Shown piece after piece: positions 36,648 through 49,812 of a stretch of DNA of 64,000 bases (position 1 is its first letter; every line of letters begins with the position of its first letter). Origin of the DNA: Haliotis cracherodii (Eukaryota); assembly GCF_022045235.1 (NCBI RefSeq), contig NW_027266297.1, positions 30,194,001 through 30,258,000 on the forward strand, read 5' to 3'. Both the position numbers and the translations under genes were made by a program. A model generated the notes under the pieces. It did no database searches and had not been told where the DNA came from. It saw only the letters and a list, made by a program, of their open reading frames with translations.

Positions 36648-38640
36648 TTCTAAGCTACGGGTACATCGAAGTATTAAACCCAGTACGCCAACCTATTGCA
36701 TCTGAATATAAGTATGTGCATCCCCATACGAATACAGGAATCAATATCACTGATGTAATAATCTTTGACAGGTAACTTTTTATGGAGAACTTCTTTATTA
36801 CTGATATTAATATAATAACTTTCCTACTTTATTTATTTAGAAATCAGCACGGGGAGTAGGATAGTCTAGACGTTGATACGTCGACTCGTGACGCTGGTGA
36901 CACGGGTTCGATTCCCCACATTTGTTACGCCTATTTTCCGCCGACCTGTGGTTGAAATATTGTTAAAAGTGGCATAAAACGCCCCACTCACCCAATCGCT
37001 GGCAACAACGTATCATTCACTGATCAGCATTGAACAATACATGGACTACCTGTAAGTCTCCTTACCAAGGAAGATATTTGTCCGGAATGAAACAAGGAAA
37101 TAACAAATGCCAAGCCAAGAAACTGTCATCAGAAATAAAATTATGTAACATCTAATAGTAAAACGCCACCATACTAGTGTATACCATACATTTCTCCAAA
37201 GTGGAACATGTCTAATACCTGCATCGCATTGGACACACCATCATCCCAAATAGTAGTCAGACATTGGCCCAACATTGGCCTAACGTGTGACTGCTATCTG
37301 GGTTATATATAGCTGAAATACTGTCTGAAGCGCGGTTATCTCATCTCACCCCCTGTGTTTGTGTCATTGTTTTAAAGCCTTTGTTCGCCGTTATCAGAGA
37401 TTTGTTCCGTGAGAATTATTATCAACCTGCAGGCACAATCGTTCTATAAACTAACCCCTCACGACGTCCTTCATGGTAGATGAAGAAATTGGCTAAGCGT
37501 GTAATATGACGTTCTAATGAACAAGCCTGTATTAGGAATACGTTTTTATAGTGTTTAGTACACGTACCGACACACCTTTAGCAAAGATTGGCAATTGATA
37601 GGAATTTCTCGTGCTATATTCTTATCTGAAACAAATTCAGGGTCTAGGTTAAGCTGACCCGATAACCATTGTAATTTGTATTGCAGGCGTGCATTCGTCA
37701 GCACTCGCCCCTTTCCGTAACCTGCAAGAAGACACCCCGAATAACACGAGATGGTCATGAATGGCAGTCGTGATGTATTACGATGTTGTCCGAGTAGCCT
37801 TGGTTTATAATTCGGTGTCTCCCTCCTGAGGTCAGAATGAACAAAACTGACCATATCGAAAGCAATTTATCTTAAGGGTGAAAATCACAACTCATTCACT
37901 CAAATATTGATAATTAAACTTTGATTATGATAACAACATGATATACTCACAATATATGCCAGCATTTCGTTCAAGAGTATGTGGTATTGCTTGACATTGC
38001 AACAACGTGAAAAAACATTGTAATGTATTTGATAACAATACTTTATTTACGCAAACAATCATCGTATAACAAACATCTGAACAAGAACATACCTTCTGAT
38101 TATATCATTTAACAATGACATATACTATGCAATATTGCAAAAATAAGCTTCATGAGACAAGAACCAATGTATGTGACTTTCAAACTTATTTCGTTCGGCA
38201 TTAATCGAGAGAGAAAAAATTACACGAAATCTGAAACACAAGCATTCTTATCTCGTTATACTTTAACAATAGGTATGATGAAGCAGGGTCAATCAGATAC
38301 ATCATCTGAGTCTGCCCAAGTCATTACAACAACTTAATAAAATAAACATCAAAGAAAGTAATTGTTGGTTCAATCAAATTCGTAAATGTCTCCAAGTATT
38401 TAGTAGATGTAACATGCACACACTCTGTGATCTGTTTCCAACGTTGAAAGTTTGGGTCTATAGCCGAGCCTATCATATTCCTTATGATCGAGTGCAAACC
38501 TTCTGTTCGCAGCTTTGCAGGCAGCTATGCACCGACACGATACTGAGGTCTAGCAAGAGGTTCCAAGTGAACCATTAAACTACATCACATTGTCCTTGAC
38601 CGTGTCTCAATGTCATCCAACTAGTAAATACAACAGTATA

Positions 38641-39279
38641 TCAATACGTATAGAGTATTATAGGCACAACACTCCAAATATTTCTCCCCCAAGAAACACG
38701 TTTGGTGAAAGTCCATAAGACCCAGGTAGTTAAACACAAACATGCAAACGTGCAAACGCAACCGGTTTGGTTCCTGTTTACAGAAACTCGATATCTAGGT
38801 GGGGCTTTCAGAAACATTAAATGAATATTTTCTAAATTTTTTCCATATTTTGTTTTAAGATTTAGCCAATAGCCCCATGTATATTGTAAATAGAGTTCAT
38901 ATGTCCATTTAGAAAGCTCAATGCCAGGGATGTTTGTAATGCAATCTGTTAGGTTGGATGTATCATTTATACAACATTTCCAATCAGTTGTAAAACGCAC
39001 ATTTAGCCCCTGAGAAAGAGCTTCCTTGATCACCCAACAACAGGTGTGATAGGCATCCCAATAGTTTGAGTCCTTCCAACGGTTCCGCCATCCTTCAACG
39101 GCCTCTTCATCCAGGTTTATGTTATTGGGTACAATCATCACATAGCTTGGCGGTGATTTCTCAGCTTCGATGTCTTCACTGAGAGTTCTATGCGCAATTC
39201 CAGGTACTTTAGGAATCAATTTTTTCCCATCCTCGGGCCACCAGCTGATGTAGGCGCCATTGCTCAGTTGAAGGGACGC
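38641..39279 (-). pseudogene. 5'-truncated copy of paralogue 1 (no ATG, lacks the GH motif)
   Basis: Begins at the Ala after the His; in-frame stop a few codons upstream of the junction. Confidence 0.75.
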
Positions 39280-40564
39280 TGTGTTTGTGTCATTGTTGTT
39301 TTAATGCCTTTGTTCGCCGTTATCAGAGATTTGTTCCGTGAGAATTATTATCAACCTGCAGGCACAATCGTTCTATAAACTAACCCCTCACGACGTCCTT
39401 CATGGTAGATGAAGAAATTGGCTAAGCGGGTAATATGACGTTCTAATGAACAAGCCTGTATTAGGAATACGTTTTTATAGTGTTTAGTACACGTACCGAC
39501 ACACCTTTAGCAAAGATTGGCAATTGATAGGAATTTCTCGTGCTATATTCTGAAACAAATTCAGGGTCTAGGTTAAGCTGACCCGATAACCATTGTAATT
39601 TGTATTGCAGGCGTGCATTCGTCAGCACTCGCCCCTTTCCGTAACCTGCAAGAAGACACCCCGAATAACACGAGATGGTCATGAATGGCAGTCGTGATGT
39701 ATTACGATGTTGTCCGAGTAGCCTTGGTTTATAATTCGGTGTCTCCCTCCTGAGGTCAGAATGAACAAAACTGACCATATCGAAAGCAATTTATCTTAAG
39801 GGTGAAAATCACAACTCATTCACTCAAATATTGATAATTAAACTTTGATTATGATAACAACATGATATACTCACAATATATGCCAGCATTTCGTTCAAGA
39901 GTATGTGGTATTGCTTGACATTGCAACAACGTGAAAAAACATTGTAATGTATTTGATAACAATACTTTATTTACGCAAACAATCATCGTATAACAAACAT
40001 CTGAACAAGAACATACCTTCTGATTATATCATTTAACAATGACATATACTATGCAATATTGCAAAAATAAGCTTCATGAGACAAGAACCAATGTATGTGA
40101 CTTTCAAACTTATTTCGTTCGGCATTAATCGAGAGAGAAAAAATTACACGAAATCTGAAACACAAGCATTCTTATCTCGTTATACTTTAACAATAGGTAT
40201 GATGAAGCAGGGTCAATCAGATACATCATCTGAGTCTGCCCAAGTCATTACAACAACTTAATAAAATAAACATCAAAGAAAGTAATTGTTGGTTCAATCA
40301 AATTCGTAAATGTCTCCAAGTATTTAGTAGATGTAACATGCACACACTCTGTGATCTGTTTCCAACGTTGAAAGTTTGGGTCTATATCCGAGCCTATCAT
40401 ATTCCTTATGATCGAGTGCAAACCTTCTGTTCGCAGCTTTGCAGGCAGCTATGCACCGACACGATACTGAGGTCTAGCAAGAGGTTCCAAGTGAACCATT
40501 AAACTACATCACATTGTCCTTGACCGTGTCTCAATGTCATCCAACTAGTAAATACAACAGTATA

Positions 40565-41203
40565 TCAATACGTATAGAGTATTATAGGCACAACACTCCA
40601 AATATTTCTCCCCCAAGAAACACGTTTGGTGAAAGTCCATAAGACCCAGGTAGTTAAACACAAACATGCAAACGTGCAAACGCAACCGGTTTGGTTCCTG
40701 TTTACAGAAACTCGATATCTAGGTGGGGCTTTCAGAAACATTAAATGAATATTTTCTAAATTTTTTCCATATTTTGTTTTAAGATTTAGCCAATAGCCCC
40801 ATGTATATTGTAAATAGAGTTCATATGTCCATTTAGAAAGCTCAATGCCAGGGATGTTTGTAATGCAATCTGTTAGGTTGGATGTATCATTTATACAACA
40901 TTTCCAATCAGTTGTAAAACGCACATTTAGCCCCTGAGAAAGAGCTTCCTTGATCACCCAACAACAGGTGTGATAGGCATCCCAATAGTTTGAGTCCTTC
41001 CAACGGTTCCGCCATCCTTCAACGGCCTCTTCATCCAGGTTTATGTTATTGGGTACAATCATCACATAGCTTGGCGGTGATTTCTCAGCTTCGATGTCTT
41101 CACTGAGAGTTCTATGCGGAATTCCAGGTACTTTAGGAATCAATTTTTTCCCATCCTCGGGCCACCAGCTGATGTAGGCGCCATTGCTCAGTTGAAGGGA
41201 CGC
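40565..41203 (-). pseudogene. 5'-truncated copy of paralogue 1
   Basis: Same junction and truncation as the 38641-39279 copy. Confidence 0.75.
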
Positions 41204-42488
41204 TGTGTTTGTGTCATTGTTGTTTTAATGCCTTTGTTCGCCGTTATCAGAGATTTGTTCCGTGAGAATTATTATCAACCTGCAGGCACAATCGTTCTAT
41301 AAACTAACCCCTCACGACGTCCTTCATGGTAGATGAAGAAATTGGCTAAGCGGGTAATATGACGTTCTAATGAACAAGCCTGTATTAGGAATACGTTTTT
41401 ATAGTGTTTAGTACACGTACCGACACACCTTTAGCAAAGATTGGCAATTGATAGGAATTTCTCGTGCTATATTCTGAAACAAATTCAGGGTCTAGGTTAA
41501 GCTGACCCGATAACCATTGTAATTTGTATTGCAGGCGTGCATTCGTCAGCACTCGCCCCTTTCCGTAACCTGCAAGAAGACACCCCGAATAACACGAGAT
41601 GGTCATGAATGGCAGTCGTGATGTATTACGATGTTGTCCGAGTAGCCTTGGTTTATAATTCGGTGTCTCCCTCCTGAGGTCAGAATGAACAAAACTGACC
41701 ATATCGAAAGCAATTTATCTTAAGGGTGAAAATCACAACTCATTCACTCAAATATTGATAATTAAACTTTGATTATGATAACAACATGATATACTCACAA
41801 TATATGCCAGCATTTCGTTCAAGAGTATGTGGTATTGCTTGACATTGCAACAACGTGAAAAAACATTGTAATGTATTTGATAACAATACTTTATTTACGC
41901 AAACAATCATCGTATAACAAACATCTGAACAAGAACATACCTTCTGATTATATCATTTAACAATGACATATACTATGCAATATTGCAAAAATAAGCTTCA
42001 TGAGACAAGAACCAATGTATGTGACTTTCAAACTTATTTCGTTCGGCATTAATCGAGAGAGAAAAAATTACACGAAATCTGAAACACAAGCATTCTTATC
42101 TCGTTATACTTTAACAATAGGTATGATGAAGCAGGGTCAATCAGATACATCATCTGAGTCTGCCCAAGTCATTACAACAACTTAATAAAATAAACATCAA
42201 AGAAAGTAATTGTTGGTTCAATCAAATTCGTAAATGTCTCCAAGTATTTAGTAGATGTAACATGCACACACTCTGTGATCTGTTTCCAACGTTGAAAGTT
42301 TGGGTCTATATCCGAGCCTATCATATTCCTTATGATCGAGTGCAAACCTTCTGTTCGCAGCTTTGCAGGCAGCTATGCACCGACACGATACTGAGGTCTA
42401 GCAAGAGGTTCCAAGTGAACCATTAAACTACATCACATTGTCCTTGACCGTGTCTCAATGTCATCCAACTAGTAAATACAACAGTATA

Positions 42489-43127
42489 TCAATACGTATA
42501 GAGTATTATAGGCACAACACTCCAAATATTTCTCCCCCAAGAAACACGTTTGGTGAAAGTCCATAAGACCCAGGTAGTTAAACACAAACATGCAAACGTG
42601 CAAACGCAACCGGTTTGGTTCCTGTTTACAGAAACTCGATATCTAGGTGGGGCTTTCAGAAACATTAAATGAATATTTTCTAAATTTTTTCCATATTTTG
42701 TTTTAAGATTTAGCCAATAGCCCCATGTATATTGTAAATAGAGTTCATATGTCCATTTAGAAAGCTCAATGCCAGGGATGTTTGTAATGCAATCTGTTAG
42801 GTTGGATGTATCATTTATACAACATTTCCAATCAGTTGTAAAACGCACATTTAGCCCCTGAGAAAGAGCTTCCTTGATCACCCAACAACAGGTGTGATAG
42901 GCATCCCAATAGTTTGAGTCCTTCCAACGGTTCCGCCATCCTTCAACGGCCTCTTCATCCAGGTTTATGTTATTGGGTACAATCATCACATAGCTTGGCG
43001 GTGATTTCTCAGCTTCGATGTCTTCACTGAGAGTTCTATGCGGAATTCCAGGTACTTTAGGAATCAATTTTTTCCCATCCTCGGGCCACCAGCTGATGTA
43101 GGCGCCATTGCTCAGTTGAAGGGACGC
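42489..43127 (-). pseudogene. 5'-truncated copy of paralogue 1
   Basis: Same junction and truncation as the 38641-39279 copy. Confidence 0.75.
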
Positions 43128-44412
43128 TGTGTTTGTGTCATTGTTGTTTTAATGCCTTTGTTCGCCGTTATCAGAGATTTGTTCCGTGAGAATTATTATC
43201 AACCTGCAGGCACAATCGTTCTATAAACTAACCCCTCACGACGTCCTTCATGGTAGATGAAGAAATTGGCTAAGCGGGTAATATGACGTTCTAATGAACA
43301 AGCCTGTATTAGGAATACGTTTTTATAGTGTTTAGTACACGTACCGACACACCTTTAGCAAAGATTGGCAATTGATAGGAATTTCTCGTGCTATATTCTG
43401 AAACAAATTCAGGGTCTAGGTTAAGCTGACCCGATAACCATTGTAATTTGTATTGCAGGCGTGCATTCGTCAGCACTCGCCCCTTTCCGTAACCTGCAAG
43501 AAGACACCCCGAATAACACGAGATGGTCATGAATGGCAGTCGTGATGTATTACGATGTTGTCCGAGTAGCCTTGGTTTATAATTCGGTGTCTCCCTCCTG
43601 AGGTCAGAATGAACAAAACTGACCATATCGAAAGCAATTTATCTTAAGGGTGAAAATCACAACTCATTCACTCAAATATTGATAATTAAACTTTGATTAT
43701 GATAACAACATGATATACTCACAATATATGCCAGCATTTCGTTCAAGAGTATGTGGTATTGCTTGACATTGCAACAACGTGAAAAAACATTGTAATGTAT
43801 TTGATAACAATACTTTATTTACGCAAACAATCATCGTATAACAAACATCTGAACAAGAACATACCTTCTGATTATATCATTTAACAATGACATATACTAT
43901 GCAATATTGCAAAAATAAGCTTCATGAGACAAGAACCAATGTATGTGACTTTCAAACTTATTTCGTTCGGCATTAATCGAGAGAGAAAAAATTACACGAA
44001 ATCTGAAACACAAGCATTCTTATCTCGTTATACTTTAACAATAGGTATGATGAAGCAGGGTCAATCAGATACATCATCTGAGTCTGCCCAAGTCATTACA
44101 ACAACTTAATAAAATAAACATCAAAGAAAGTAATTGTTGGTTCAATCAAATTCGTAAATGTCTCCAAGTATTTAGTAGATGTAACATGCACACACTCTGT
44201 GATCTGTTTCCAACGTTGAAAGTTTGGGTCTATATCCGAGCCTATCATATTCCTTATGATCGAGTGCAAACCTTCTGTTCGCAGCTTTGCAGGCAGCTAT
44301 GCACCGACACGATACTGAGGTCTAGCAAGAGGTTCCAAGTGAACCATTAAACTACATCACATTGTCCTTGACCGTGTCTCAATGTCATCCAACTAGTAAA
44401 TACAACAGTATA

Positions 44413-45132
44413 TCAATACGTATAGAGTATTATAGGCACAACACTCCAAATATTTCTCCCCCAAGAAACACGTTTGGTGAAAGTCCATAAGACCCAGGTA
44501 GTTAAACACAAACATGCAAACGTGCAAACGCAACCGGTTTGGTTCCTGTTTACAGAAACTCGATATCTAGGTGGGGCTTTCAGAAACATTAAATGAATAT
44601 TTTCTAAATTTTTTCCATATTTTGTTTTAAGATTTAGCCAATAGCCCCATGTATATTGTAAATAGAGTTCATATGTCCATTTAGAAAGCTCAATGCCAGG
44701 GATGTTTGTAATGCAATCTGTTAGGTTGGATGTATCATTTATACAACATTTCCAATCAGTTGTAAAACGCACATTTAGCCCCTGAGAAAGAGCTTCCTTG
44801 ATCACCCAACAACAGGTGTGATAGGCATCCCAATAGTTTGAGTCCTTCCAACGGTTCCACCATCCTTCAACGGCCTCTTCATCCAGGTTTATGTTATTGG
44901 GTACAATCATCACATAGCTTGGCGGTGATTTCTCAGCTTCGATGTCTTCACTGAGAGTTCTATGCGGAATTCCAGGTACTTTAGGAATCAATTTTTTCCC
45001 ATCCTCGGGCCACCAGCTGATGTAGGCGCCATTGCTCAGTTGAAGGGACGCGTGGCCTACACGGCGGAGATCAGCTCTAGGGGGCCATATGTACACCTTG
45101 GTCCTGGGCTCTACAAGGGAGGGGATTAGCAT
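44413..45132 (-). CDS. Uncharacterised permuted papain-like (His...Cys) enzyme, paralogue 1, intact copy (about 239 aa)
   Basis: Acceptor cccttgcag at 45134 then ATG at 45132; VYIW..VGHASLQLSNGAYISWW...RTLSED...LDEEAVEGWW...HTCCWVIKEAL; collinear with the ORF at 57 kb. Confidence 0.75.
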   Translation of the reverse strand: MLIPSLVEPRTKVYIWPPRADLRRVGHASLQLSNGAYISWWPEDGKKLIPKVPGIPHRTLSEDIEAEKSPPSYVMIVPNNINLDEEAVEGWWNRWKDSNYWDAYHTCCWVIKEALSQGLNVRFTTDWKCCINDTSNLTDCITNIPGIELSKWTYELYLQYTWGYWLNLKTKYGKNLENIHLMFLKAPPRYRVSVNRNQTGCVCTFACLCLTTWVLWTFTKRVSWGRNIWSVVPIILYTY

Positions 45133-45699
45133 CCTGCAAGGGATAATTGGCTCAACCAATCATTCAAATATATTAGGTCCATTGCTTAAAAAATTGCTTA
45201 CATCTATGTCGCATATGTTTTTTTGATTGGCAAACATTAGTGTCTTTTTGAGTGATAATAAATATACATAAGTACTACTGCATCTGCTCTCTCAGTCTCA
45301 CAATTTCAGTCATGTTTACTGAGCCAAATATGTATTTGGGGACCAGGTCAAAATATAGAGAAAAACGGAACAACGGTCCAACTACTAACTAAACATATAA
45401 TACATTTCAATACATTTTAAACTAACATTGATAAGTAAAAGCCACAAACAGGTTTTTTTTCGTATGGGTGAAATAACGGGGTCATCGCTGGCAGAAACAA
45501 GCTTGTGGTCTAGCGTATTGGTCTAGAGGTTTCTGAGGAGATAAAGTTTACATTTCAAATCAATGCATTTGAGATGATTCATGAACATAATCAAGGCATA
45601 AGTCAAAGTTGGAAACACTGCGAAAATGGTTGTGTGAAGCCCCACCACTACAAACATACTACACAAAACCATTTTATTCATCACAAGAAATCTTGTATC

Positions 45700-45900
45700 A
45701 AGACCATGTGTTTATGAATCACTATCAAATAGTGTTAATACCAGATGTTCGCGAAAAGGTGAGCATATCCTGCCTCATTGGTGTCTCCCGCCACTAACAC
45801 ATGCAGAGGCAAGTCATTTGTTCACCTAAACAAGTATCGTGCAAATCAAAAGTGGGAAATGCTTTTGGCATAATTTTGGTGGCTGATGCGTCAAATGTGA
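45700..45900 (+). repeat. Dispersed repeat of about 200 bp (other copies near 30115-30240, 51260-51450, and 60765-60990 inverted)
   Basis: Shared catgtgttt..tatcaaatagtg..cgaaaaggtgag..tatcctg..aacacatgca..ggcaagtc. Confidence 0.75.
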
Positions 45901-46239
45901 AAATTTCCTCCACATATCTACCTTGTAATAATGACATTTATAATCTAATGACATGTTTGTCAAATGTGAACACTAGACTTGCCTTGGCATGTGNNNNNNN
46001 NNNNNNNNNNNNNNNNNNNNNNNNNNNNNNNNNNNNNNNNNNNNNNNNNNNNNNNNNNNNNNNNNNNNNNNNNNNNNNNNNNNNNNNNNNNNNNNNNNNN
46101 NNNNNNNNNNNNNNNNNNNNNNNNNNNNNNNNNNNNNNNNNNNNNNNNNNNNNNNNNNNNNNNNNNNNNNNNNNNNNNNNNNNNNNNNNNNNNNNNNNNN
46201 NNNNNNNNNNNNNNNNNNNNNNNNNNNNNNNNNNNNNNN

Positions 46240-46380
46240 GCGTTTGTTCGTCACGCCGAAGACCCGGGTTTGATTCCCGACATGGGTACAATGTGTGAAT
46301 CCCATTTCTGGTGTCCCCCGTCGCTGGAATATTGCGGGGTAAAACCATACTAACTCACTCACTCACTCACTCACTCACTC
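46240..46380 (+). mobile_element. SINE family A (abuts gap)
   Basis: Consensus match, (ACTC)n tail. Confidence 0.85.
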
Positions 46381-46616
46381 AAAGGTGGATTGCATTTCCT
46401 GTTGTTTCATTAAGTGAGTAAGTACACCACTGGAGATAAAGCTCACACACTCACTCAATATCCATGTTAAACTGCAGCATGGTATCTCAGTGGGTTAGCA
46501 CTATCAAATCGGCATCAGTCCGCCACACACGTGCTTGCACGCCACTAGAGAATTGCAGTAATCTGTTCAACCACCTCAAGTACTCGTGGCATACCTGGCT
46601 AGTAGTTTCCCCGAAT

Positions 46617-46688
46617 ACCCAATGTATGACCTAGAGCTACACCCAATGTATGACCTAGAGCTACACCCAATGTATGACCTAGAGCTAC
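46617..46688. repeat. 3 x 24-bp tandem repeat
   Basis: acccaatgtatgacctagagctac x3. Confidence 0.95.
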
Positions 46689-47699
46689 ATGTACATTATG
46701 ATGAAGACCCTGCACCTATATGTCATTCACATATTGATTTAAAAAAGACACCCATTCTCAAAATCTCGATATATGATTTCTAGAATAATATCTCTATCCT
46801 AACTCGTACACAGCCACAGTAGTGAAACACTTACTTTAGCTGGAATTCACTTCCAATGTATTCAATTTGGTTAAAGCAATACTAATCTGCTTCGCGCTAA
46901 CATAACACCAGGAAATAAATACTGGCCTACACAGCGTTTATTTGAAAGGATTCAATTCACTGTTCAATGTCAATAATAGTACTCGTAGTACTCGGTGATT
47001 CAGGTGGTGCTATTGAGCAAATGAGATATGGCGGTTCAGCCTAGGGAAGTGAATATTGTGCCCCTTTCTTATACCCAGCCTACACGATGAGCTTGGATAT
47101 TGTAACTGATCGTTTCCCACTAAAACTCCCTGGCTCTGAACTAGTCGGTATATAATTGCAGACGACACTCTCAGCTGTCCAACAAGAGAGTCACACATGT
47201 CCCAAATGTCACGGATGTAATATTGCTTGCAACAAATATTTTGATTCTTTGATATTTGATAAACAATTAGGTCTTGTTAGGCTGAAATATTCTTACCATA
47301 TTTTAATGTAACCCCTGCATCCAGACATTTGATGCATTGTGACCTGGACAAGACATTCTCATTTTCATAAAGGTACCAGGGACAGTAGTAAATTCCGATT
47401 GACTGTCTCGATTCCCTGAGCTTAAACAACATTGACTTACACGTTTTTTCAGTCTTTTAATTGTCTTCAACATTAAAATGAGCCATTATCATTGTTCCAA
47501 GATTAACTTTCGTCCTTCTGTTTATGTGGCCGAGTCTTCATCTGTGTTTCGATGGGGGTTCGATCAAGTCTGATGCGTGCTCGTGGGTTTCACCGAAGTG
47601 GTAAACGTCTGAGACCTGCCTCACTTCGAGCTTTCTTCCCACATTAAGCTGACACGCCTTGATATAACTGGAATACTGTTAAAAGCGGCGTCAAATCTG

Positions 47700-48400
47700 A
47701 TGATCGAGAGTGCCTGGACATGATTTGAATGTTGTTATGTAGATATACGGATGCGAGTCGGGCTGTATTGTCGTGCCGGAACACGGTGTTGCCGTTCTAA
47801 ATAATGGGAGGGGCGTGTGGCTGCAGAATTTCATCTAGTAGCGCGGGTGTGGACAGCAGTCTAGCACAATGGCCGGACCAATCTGGTTCACGCTCAGGGC
47901 AACTTAACTGCACACCATCACACTATCTCAGCCAAGTCTGTTCATGTCAGCGTATAACGTTCGCGTCGATGTCTCTACGCCCGACATCTTCCTTCTGCAG
48001 GGCGAAGCAAAAAAAGTGAAACCACAAACTATTGGTTCTCCATCGCAGGTGATGTCATACTCTGTGGACATGACATGACATCGCAGTTGACGACGTTGTT
48101 ACACCTCTCCGTTTGAGACCTGTATTACGAAGGCTGTCTGGTGAGATATCCACCGCGGTGTTGCAATTGCCTTTCTCACAAATGACGTAGCCGCATGTAG
48201 AAGTTTCGTGTTTTCGGGCCTGGTCTGACTCGTGGATTGTTTACAAGTGCAGGATTGTCGTGAGTGTACTCCTATCTGAGCGATTGGACAACAACAAGCA
48301 CATACCACGACTAAGTAAATCAGAAAAAAACAACGCCATCGATCGCTTGGAAACATCCGGCAAAGGAACATCACGACAACCTGCATGTAAACAGCACGTG
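47700..48400 (-). mobile_element. Highly decayed Tc1-like transposase remnant
   Basis: Fragments FLLRPAEGRCRA*RHRRERY and DEILQPH, typical of the Tc1 DDE domain. Confidence 0.55.
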
Positions 48401-49331
48401 TGGGAGTGGGGGTGAAGGTGGGAGGAGGGGGTATGTTATACAACATATCAAGTAGCAATGGCTGAGTAATATAATAGGCAAAAATGGCAGTATCAATATG
48501 GCTGCCGTGACCGACTATAAACTTGCTCTTAATAACTTAATGAGAATTGATTGAGTGTTGAGAATGGCACAAGAGACTTAGAGATAGAATTCTTCCTTCA
48601 AAAGACCATACATGCATCAATGAGTTACTCAAGTCACCTGTATATGGACAGGTGCGACAAACAGAAACATGCAACAATGTTTGTTTAGCCAAATATATGT
48701 TCAACAAAATACTCATTTCTGTAAACAGTATTAGTATTGTATAGTGTTCTATTACACCAATGTTAAAATATGTAAATGACTAAACAGTTTCTGAACAAAA
48801 AGCAAGATGTGTCTACCTTTCGAAACTATGCCCTCGGTAATACGGCTGTCGTGAAGTAGCAAGTCTTTGGGGCCAGTGTTGCACCCTGTAAAATGAAGCT
48901 TACCAGGAACTGATTTCAAACCATTTGCTTTGGTCAAAGTGACCGCACCCGTCAACTTGATAAGGCTTTTGTTAACAGACACAGTGTGTGACGGTTATTG
49001 AATGCACCTGAATTTTCCTATGTGACCTACTTTCCACCTGCAAACCATGTCCTGGATAAAACGTCTCCTATGTTTGTTACCCTTTCAAGTATTATTTTGT
49101 CAAATCCTCATAGACAGTCAGTTGAACCAATTTTTTTTAAAACGTTGTTGAGGTCCATTATACGATCGAGTCAAGACAATCAAGTGACAAGATAGTGCAT
49201 TGATGGATTCTGTCATGAAATTGTTGTGTTTTTTACTAATGTCACGCAGTAGAATAGGCAGGAACGTCAAATGAGAGTGTATTCATCTGTATCTGTTGCT
49301 GAACATCAAAAAAGAGTGATACAGAAATTAT

Positions 49332-49812
49332 CAATCTCATTCAAATCAGATCTTAGTTCTCGCTACCGCTAGACAAGGCGATTACGGGTCACGTCAAACC
49401 GACCTTTCACCATCAATGAATATCTGGAAGAAGTCGACATTAGCCAATCAGAAGTTTTCTCGTGCTTCACTTCACTAGTGTCAAACTGGCGACTACGCTT
49501 CGAAATATTTTTTGACAAAATTTTAATTCTCGATTAAAATTTTGTAAACTGAACAAAAGAACATTTTAAAATGGCTAACAGATGGTCTAGTTTGTATTGA
49601 ATCAGTCGTATCTGTCGTTCGGAATAGCCCATGTTACATGATCTCGAGGTTACATGATTAGCAAAAACACTTTCCGAATGTCACGTTCTTGATCTGGTAA
49701 ACGACGCTGTGATTTGTCGGATGAAAGGTCGTGCTGACATGACCCGTTATGGGATGTCCTCAAATTTTTGTTTAGCGATAGCGAGAACTAAGATCTGATT
49801 TTAATGAGATTG
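49332..49812. mobile_element. Non-autonomous long-TIR DNA element (Mutator-like)
   Basis: TIR of about 45 bp (caatctcatt..atcagatcttagttctcgcta) plus subterminal inverted blocks; 9-bp flanks agaaattat/agaaactat. Confidence 0.75.

Larger units (their letters stand above)
37354..45051. repeat. Tandem array, 4 units of about 1924 bp
   Basis: Units 37354-39279, 39280-41203, 41204-43127, 43128-45051; near-identical; identical junction gaagggacgc|tgtgtttgtg. Confidence 0.97.

Noticed and set aside
39461-39778. 105-aa and 61-aa ORFs repeated in each array unit
   Set aside because: They recur only because of the duplication; no recognisable motifs, and an indel alters the frame in unit 1.
37354-45051. 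CRISPR array or LTR-element tandem
   Set aside because: Eukaryotic context, kb-scale identical units with no spacers, no TE proteins or termini.
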